64,000 nt of DNA from Octopus sinensis. Its lineage: Eukaryota. Position 1 is the stretch's first letter; the number at the start of each line of letters is the position of its first letter. Below the pieces are notes generated by a model that did not search any database, was not told where the DNA came from, and saw nothing but the letters and a program-made list of their open reading frames with translations. Shown here in pieces: positions 41,971-64,000 of this stretch. Position numbers and translations under genes: made by a program. The stretch is from contig NC_043011.1 of assembly GCF_006345805.1 (NCBI RefSeq), positions 63,004,464-63,068,463 on the forward strand, read 5' to 3'.

Positions 41971-44151
41971 TAATTAAGATTACTATGGATATATGATACA
42001 ACACTTTCGCAGTGGCTTGCATTCCCTTGCTCAAGAAAAGCTGAATATGTTCACTAGACCGACCCAATTGTCTTCAATGGAAATGCACATATTCAAATGT
42101 AGAAATGCACGTGAATATGCAACTACCGACCCTCTTATAGACACGACGATGACTCACTGGTTTCCATGCTGATGACTAGACACGAGCCACACTCACCCAA
42201 AAACTCAGTGAGTCACTCACTCACTCGCTCACTCATTCACTTACTCATTCACACAGTCTCATTCACACGCTCAATCACTCATTCACTCTCATTCACTTAT
42301 TCACTCACTAACTCACTCTCCCTCACTCGCCTCTCACTCACACTCATTCCCCTCGCCAACTCACTCCCATGCATGTAACCTGCTCAGATCTCCTTCGCTA
42401 ATGTTTTACGATGAAACAGTTTTAGCTTCGCACTGATCCTTTCCTAATGGATATTTCCTTTATACACTTAACATTCAAAATTCCTAAACAATTATCAACG
42501 TTTCGTGCAATTCACCATCGCAACGTATATCTATCAACCTATTGCAGAAGATAAACCCTCGTGTACCCTACTAACTCTGTTGTCTTCTATTTCGTTTCAC
42601 TTTCTTTCATTTCCTTCATCCCCACTTTATGATGTCTTATCCAGTTTTATTGCATTTCTTCTCCTCCCCTTCGCTACCTGTCCCACTAACGGCATTTCCC
42701 TTATGTCTTCCGAAAGATTTTCTCTGTAAATGATACGAAATTCCAGTTTCAAATATTTCAAATATATTAGAGCAAGATTGTGTTACGAAATGAAATAAGG
42801 AAGGTGTGTAGTGCGTTTTAATTTCACTTATTTCTAAATATTCATAGATTTGATTATTGTCCAATAAGTCAGTTGGTATTTTAGTAACTGTTTCGATCTC
42901 CAGTATTGTTATACGAATAAATATTCACTTAAATCTCACATGACGCGTATATGTGTACGTATATACGAGTGATGTTGTGTTCCTGATCGGAAATATACAA
43001 TCTATTTTGGTCTGCTACCGGATTCTGTCAAGATTATAAACAAAATAATGGCTAAAAGTTTAAACAAAATGTGTGTCTTTCTACGAAAGATTTCTTTATA
43101 TATCTCATTTTGGCACACAACGCATTGAACGTTCTCCTTTTTAAAGGTTTTCAGTTATATGTGTGTCTTTCATTTATAGCTGGCAGTAAATTCTTATTTT
43201 AGCTGCCTTAAATAAACTGATTAACATTCCGCATTTATCACAGAACAATATTTAATCTATATTTTGTTCTTTAACCTTCCTTCTTGAGACTTGTGAAATT
43301 TTGAATACGTAGATGTGTGGGTGTTTGTATAACAGAACTAGTATAGAATGTGACGCAATATGTTGCAGTGTAGAGTCTAGTTAATTACGTTCAGAGTTCA
43401 AAATCAAACCGAAGATTACATAGTTATTTGCCCTTGCTGTGTTCAGAAACTACAGTACAAGTTAAGGATAGAGTTTAGTAAACTCTCGACTCGCATTACA
43501 TGGCGGCGTGTCGACGCGGATTTGAGGCATGGCTTTATGAGAAACAATCACTGGAGACACCGGCAGAGTTCGGTTATACAAATAAACTTATATTGGAATC
43601 ATTATAAATATGAGTTAGCGTGGCGGTGATACTGTAATATCTTTTACGTTTATAAAGAAACGTTTACTGTTTCATGTTCCTATTTCAGTCTACGTAATGA
43701 ATAACTTGAAATTACTGTCGGAATAATGTACAAATGGCTTATTCATTTGCGATCAAAGGATTACTAATGTCCAGCCGCAGGCGTCGTGCGAAATAAAGTA
43801 TGGGAAACCGTTGTAGTGTAATTTTATCAACATTAAAATAAGCGCCAACCAAATAAATATAATATCCTTTGAAAGATATCAAAGATTCTTTATGCTAGAA
43901 TATGTAAATTTTATTTGGTAACTCTGCAAAATTTTCATCATAGTTTGTAATTTTGCGTTGGCATTATATTAAAAAGAATCTTTTTACCTTCTGTTTGTTT
44001 TTCCGCCTCTCTACATGTCTGCCTCTCTCTATGTCTGCCTCTCTCTACGTATATATACCAATATAAATACATACATACATACATACATATATATGTATGT
44101 ATGTATATATATATATATATATGTGTACATATATATATGTATATATATATG

Positions 44152-44221
<70 letters not shown>

Positions 44222-44362
44222 GTGTGTGTGTATATATATATAAAGGAAGTAAAACTTACAAATAATGAATAATGTACACTTAAAAATATTTTGTAGGATA
44301 GCAATTTTACATTAGCACGCTACGAAAGCGTGTACAATATTTGATCTCGTTCTTTTTGTGAG

Positions 44363-44412
<50 letters not shown>

Positions 44413-44438
44413 TACATATATGAATACACACACACGTA

Positions 44439-44471
<33 letters not shown>

Positions 44472-44804
44472 GCATACACACATATGTATGCATATATGAG
44501 GGGAGACATATATAGATACATACTTATATGCATAAGTATATATATTTATATAATCACTAGCAAATTTTATTGTAAACCCAATTTTTGTGTATTGAGAAAT
44601 CTATAGTTAGCACACGGGCTTAGAACTGGAATTTTCAAAAGAAACTGAAATAAAATATTACAACGAAAGAAAATAAATTATCGCTAACCAAGAGACGACT
44701 TTATAGTTTCTTTTTTTGCTTTTCTTTTGCAAAATACTATAAACCTTAGAAATCTATCTGAAATAATTGATCCGGTCTATAATTGTTCAAGACATACATT
44801 TTAT

Positions 44805-44862
44805 ACGGAGCCGGTGAGCCTGACCATCTGGTGAGCATTTCATTTGTATATATATATAAGAC
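44805..44862 (+). promoter_or_regulatory. Gene B core promoter: ACGGAG, E-box CATCTG (44825-44830), TATATAAGAC (44853-44862)
   Basis: Paralogous conservation with gene A (TGAaCAcCTGGTG vs TGAcCAtCTGGTG). Confidence 0.6.
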
Positions 44863-44929
44863 GTGTATAAGCCAGGATTACTGTCTCTATACACCCTTAA
44901 CTTCTATATTGTTTTCTAAAAGACCAAGG

Positions 44930-60061
<15,132 letters not shown>

Positions 60062-61559
60062 TTTGTTTCTTCAAAAATAGTAAGTAGTATCTGGGAATTA
60101 ATACTGTCTAATTGCGTCTTGAACGCTACATACTCGTATCTACATCATGTTTATAATAGGACTTCGAATATAACGTATGAAATGTCTAATATAGATGGCA
60201 AGCTGGGGAAAAAACGTTTGCGAAGGTTCGTCCGTCTTTACCTTTTTGTTCGAATTCCGCTGAGGTGGAGTTTCATTTTCATAATTTCGTGATTGATAAA
60301 ATAACTGCCGGTTGAGCATTGGGTTCGATATAATGAGCTATCCGCCTCCCCAGAACTTGCTTGCCCTGTACCAAAATTTAAAATCAATATTTACAATGTG
60401 ATTAAAAATATCCATTCTTTATAGCCAAATTTCATATATCACGTAAAAAAATGCATTGTGCTGTCGTGATTACTTTATGTGGTTATATTTTGGCAGAGGT
60501 AATTAATAATTCGAAATGACATATTTAAAATCCCTAAGTGTTAAAATAATGATAATTAAATTTCGATACATAGAAATCGATAATGATACATAACACGAAG
60601 ATTAGATACCATAAAATTTATTACACATTGTTAACACGTTTGCATCCTCAGTAAAGCTAGCATATGATTCTTTACATTTGAAAAGAAATCTGACGCATTT
60701 CTTCATTTTTAAAGTATATATTGATAGTATATAAGATAAACGTACTTGCTACATGTGTTGTGTGCTTTGCTGATTTTGTGTTCTACACTCAATGTAATAT
60801 AATTGGGAAAAAACAATGTAAAATACTTTGGAAATTCCAAATGAATATGCACTGATTTAAGTCTATCAATGATCAGTAGAGACAATTGTGTATTAAGATG
60901 TCGGTTTGTTCATATTATTGTAACTATGCTGCTAGAAGGCATTCCTCTCTTTCACATCTGCACATGCAAGTATTTTGTATTAGGATGTTATGCAGAATTT
61001 GAGGCAATGGATCTCGTCTATCTCCAAATGAATGAGCTACAATTATAAGAATGATGAGCTTGTAATAAAATCAGTAAACATATTATAGTAGATATAATAT
61101 TAATGCATAATAAAAATCAATATACCATCTGAATGCTATGATTAAATGAAATTTGTAACGCTCTTTTCGTAATGGACGTAATAATGAATTTGAAATAATT
61201 TCACTCACCACTTCTTCCATCAGATTAATCCCATGCCAGACTATGATGCAACGGCTAAGCAATGCTGCTATAGTTTTCGCTAATTCTCAGAGTGTGGTTA
61301 CATGAGTTTGCTTTCAACGAGTAGAAGACAATTGATCGCAATACAACATATTACAATCAATGACTCGGACAACTGACCAACAAGAATTTGGACTAATAAA
61401 CATTTTCATTGTTAACAAATAAGAATAAGCGATTGGGCTCTGTTATCACGATTCATGTAATACTAAAATTTATTCATATTTGTAAGATCTTTGTAAATAT
61501 TATCAGAGTACGTATATACATATAATTATAAAATTTAGCTGCATGGAAAAGTTTATCTT

Positions 61560-62010
61560 GGCCTGTATTCACGTGTGACGGACGACAGGTTCATTCTGAT
61601 GTTTGAAGGGCAAGTTGTGGCACAGTAATGCACTCGCCTCATTATTCGTTCCTCACAAGAGGATAAATTGGTAAAAAGGTCAAATTTGGTTTCCTTGCCT
61701 GACCTATTCTGTGATCAAAAATTGGTTGTCCTGACCGAAGGCGTATGGTTACAAATACAAGCTGCTGAAATATGGTTCCTCCCAATGGTGCCACAAGTAA
61801 ACTTACTCAACACAGTGTATAGCTCCAAGATCAGGGAGTCTCTCCAAATCGAAATGTCACTTCACCCCATTTGGAGGTCATAGACTCGATACTACAGATA
61901 TGTGATTCGAATGTCGCATGAATGCATTGGAGGACGGTTTCACCAAGCCGGTTTATCTGCCAGGAGACAGAAAAGTAGACCAACAACGAAATGTATGGAT
62001 CAATATTTGT
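61560..62010 (+). mobile_element. Degenerate RTE-like LINE 3' fragment (partial second copy at 62685-62780)
   Basis: LQIQAAEIWFL...V..SKIRESLQIE resembles RTE ORF C-termini. Confidence 0.45.
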
Positions 62011-63009
62011 ATTATCAGTTCCCGCTTAAGAATCCAGTCAGACGATGTAATAACATTTGCTTTTGATTGAATCCTATGAAGAAGGTGTGTGATAATTCTA
62101 CCCCACCATCTACCCCACTACCCCTTGATCTACTCAGATGCAGTGGATGGAAATGAGAGGTAAAATAATTCCAAGGAATGTAACATAATAACCATAATAA
62201 ATGGCATTAATGAAATACCTAAACCAATAGTAAAGATATGTGAATATTTGATTTAATTCGATTAGTTTTAGATTTGAGAAACTTTCACGTCGATCAATTT
62301 CTTTACAGTAAACAATGTTTAGATTAATTGTACTCAATCATCTATTTCTCATGAATTACTTACGCACAGGATACAAACATCATCAATTATACAGCGGAAA
62401 TTTATTTTTTATCAGGAAATATATGTCACATTCATTCTCAATTCTAAGTCGTCTTTCAGTAAATTTGTCTTTTTTTAATTTCATAATAGTGAAACTCGTA
62501 ACACAGTGGTTATAGCATAGATTTCGGGGTAAGGACTGGTGGATGGAATATATGGAGTTGGTACGATCATGTGAAGTGGAGCAAGATATAAAGGTGTATG
62601 GAATAGCATTGATCAAGTCAAAGCATGTAGAAGTGTATACAGGCTTGGGCAGAAGCATTATTCTCAAGTTTCTCTAACACGCATCCTGGATGTGCTGATA
62701 TGGTTCCTCCCCAAAGTGTCTGAAGTAAACTTAATCAACAGAGTATGTATCACCGAGATCAGGGAGGCTCTCCAAATCGAATTTCAAATTCGAGGAACCT
62801 CGAGGATGTCTATGTATACTTACTATTATATAACTATCGAATACAATAAATGAATGGAACGTTACCAGGCCATATTCGGTGAAGAAATCATATTGCAATT
62901 GTCTTCAGTGTAACACTACAAACTGCAGCCTGATTTTCATTTTCATATCTAATATTTAATAAGAAACAATAATTACTGCTATAAGAAACATTATATTTTC
63001 TATTCACAG

Positions 63010-63095
63010 ATCTTGTTAGGATCAATCCAATATATTGAATGTGGAAGCTATCATCACCTATTACAGAAATAAAAAAGATTCTCTTTTCATATGTG
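63010..63095 (+). other. Gene B putative terminal 3'-UTR exon, AATAAA at 63068-63073 (3' end approximate)
   Basis: ttttctattcacag| acceptor. The poly(A) signal context matches gene A's terminal exon. Confidence 0.5.
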
Positions 63096-63172
63096 TTTAT
63101 TATTAATTTCCATGACTTTGGCATCCACGTAATATACACACACATGCATGCATAAATATCTATAGACACTCG

Positions 63173-63253
<81 letters not shown>

Positions 63254-63315
63254 GTCTATCTATCTATCTATCTATGACCTATCTATCTATCTATCTATCT
63301 ATATTATATATATAT

Positions 63316-63350
<35 letters not shown>

Positions 63351-63354
<4 letters not shown>

Positions 63355-64000
63355 CAATTAATCAATTTAGGGTAGCAAAAAATTCAGTAAAAATTTATCG
63401 CTACCAACGGCCTAGTGGAAATAGTCAAAGACTGTTTAGGCCATTCCTAAATTGTTATATTTATACATATTTAGTCTTTGACTATTTTCTCTTTTCCACT
63501 ACGCCGCTGGTAGCGATAAATTTTTACTGAATTTTTTGCTACCCTAAATTGATTAATTGATAATTTTCTGACTAATTCTGAGATTGAATCGGCAGTTTAT
63601 ATTTGCTGCCGATAAGTTTGGCGCGAATGCGTTGGTCTTGAAAATTTTAAGATAGATATTCCCGAGGCATTGATACAGTCGCCTCGTGTATATCCGTCTC
63701 TCCCAGGTTTCTTTTACTGATGAAGTGTGACCTATGGTAGACTAGCTTAATTTAATTTAATTAAGCTGGTCTATCATTAAAGACACTGAAACGATGCATC
63801 GTATAAAAGATGAATTAGGGTAAATGTTTTTAAATTTTCACCTTATTTCCGAATTACACTACTTGGCGGTTGGAGTTCTGGCTGCTCTTTCTGGTGGACG
63901 AATGGCCTGTTTAGGCCATTCCTAAATTGTTATATTTATACATATTTAGTCTTTGACTATTTTCTCTTTTCCACTAGGCCGCTGGTAGCGATAAATTTTT
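63351..64000. mobile_element. Penelope-like pLTR / retrozyme-like repeat: inverted head plus a 475-bp-period direct repeat containing a hammerhead
   Basis: 63432-63524 recurs at 63907-64000; about 63355-63432 is inverted relative to 63473-63560. Truncated by the window end. Confidence 0.65.
63710..63810 (+). ncRNA. Type I hammerhead ribozyme motif with intact core
   Basis: Stem I TCTTTTA/TAAAAGA; core CTGATGA 63717-63723; long stem II (AGTGT/ACACT plus ATGGTAGACTAGCTTAAT/ATTAAGCTGGTCTATCAT); GAAA 63788-63791; palindromic stem III CGATGCATCG; GUA cleavage triplet ending 63803. Confidence 0.82.

Overview
AT-rich, microsatellite-dense eukaryotic DNA. The SINE families and repeat content suggest an octopus or other coleoid cephalopod (inference). 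Almost all ORFs in the supplied track are microsatellite artefacts or transposon remnants. Reading splice sites by hand reveals two tandem, paralogous multi-exon genes on the + strand that the ORF track misses, both encoding small secreted proteins I cannot assign to a known family. Gene A (CDS 24095-31236) gives 80 aa with one 6-Cys domain. Gene B (CDS 44930-60061) gives 147 aa with two tandem copies of that domain. The domain pattern is C-x7-C-x16-C-x8-C-x7-C-x11-C with conserved DAMSTYP and RLxMxRSCM motifs. The genes share intron phases, near-identical exon sizes, promoter motifs and a 3'-UTR intron. The window also holds several type I hammerhead ribozyme motifs in palindromic or tandem Penelope-like/retrozyme-like repeats, an inverted Penelope-like element, Dong/R4-like LINE pieces inside (AAT)n tracts, a CR1-like 3' end, Tc1 and maT-like DNA transposon fossils, many tRNA-derived SINEs and a 100-N gap.
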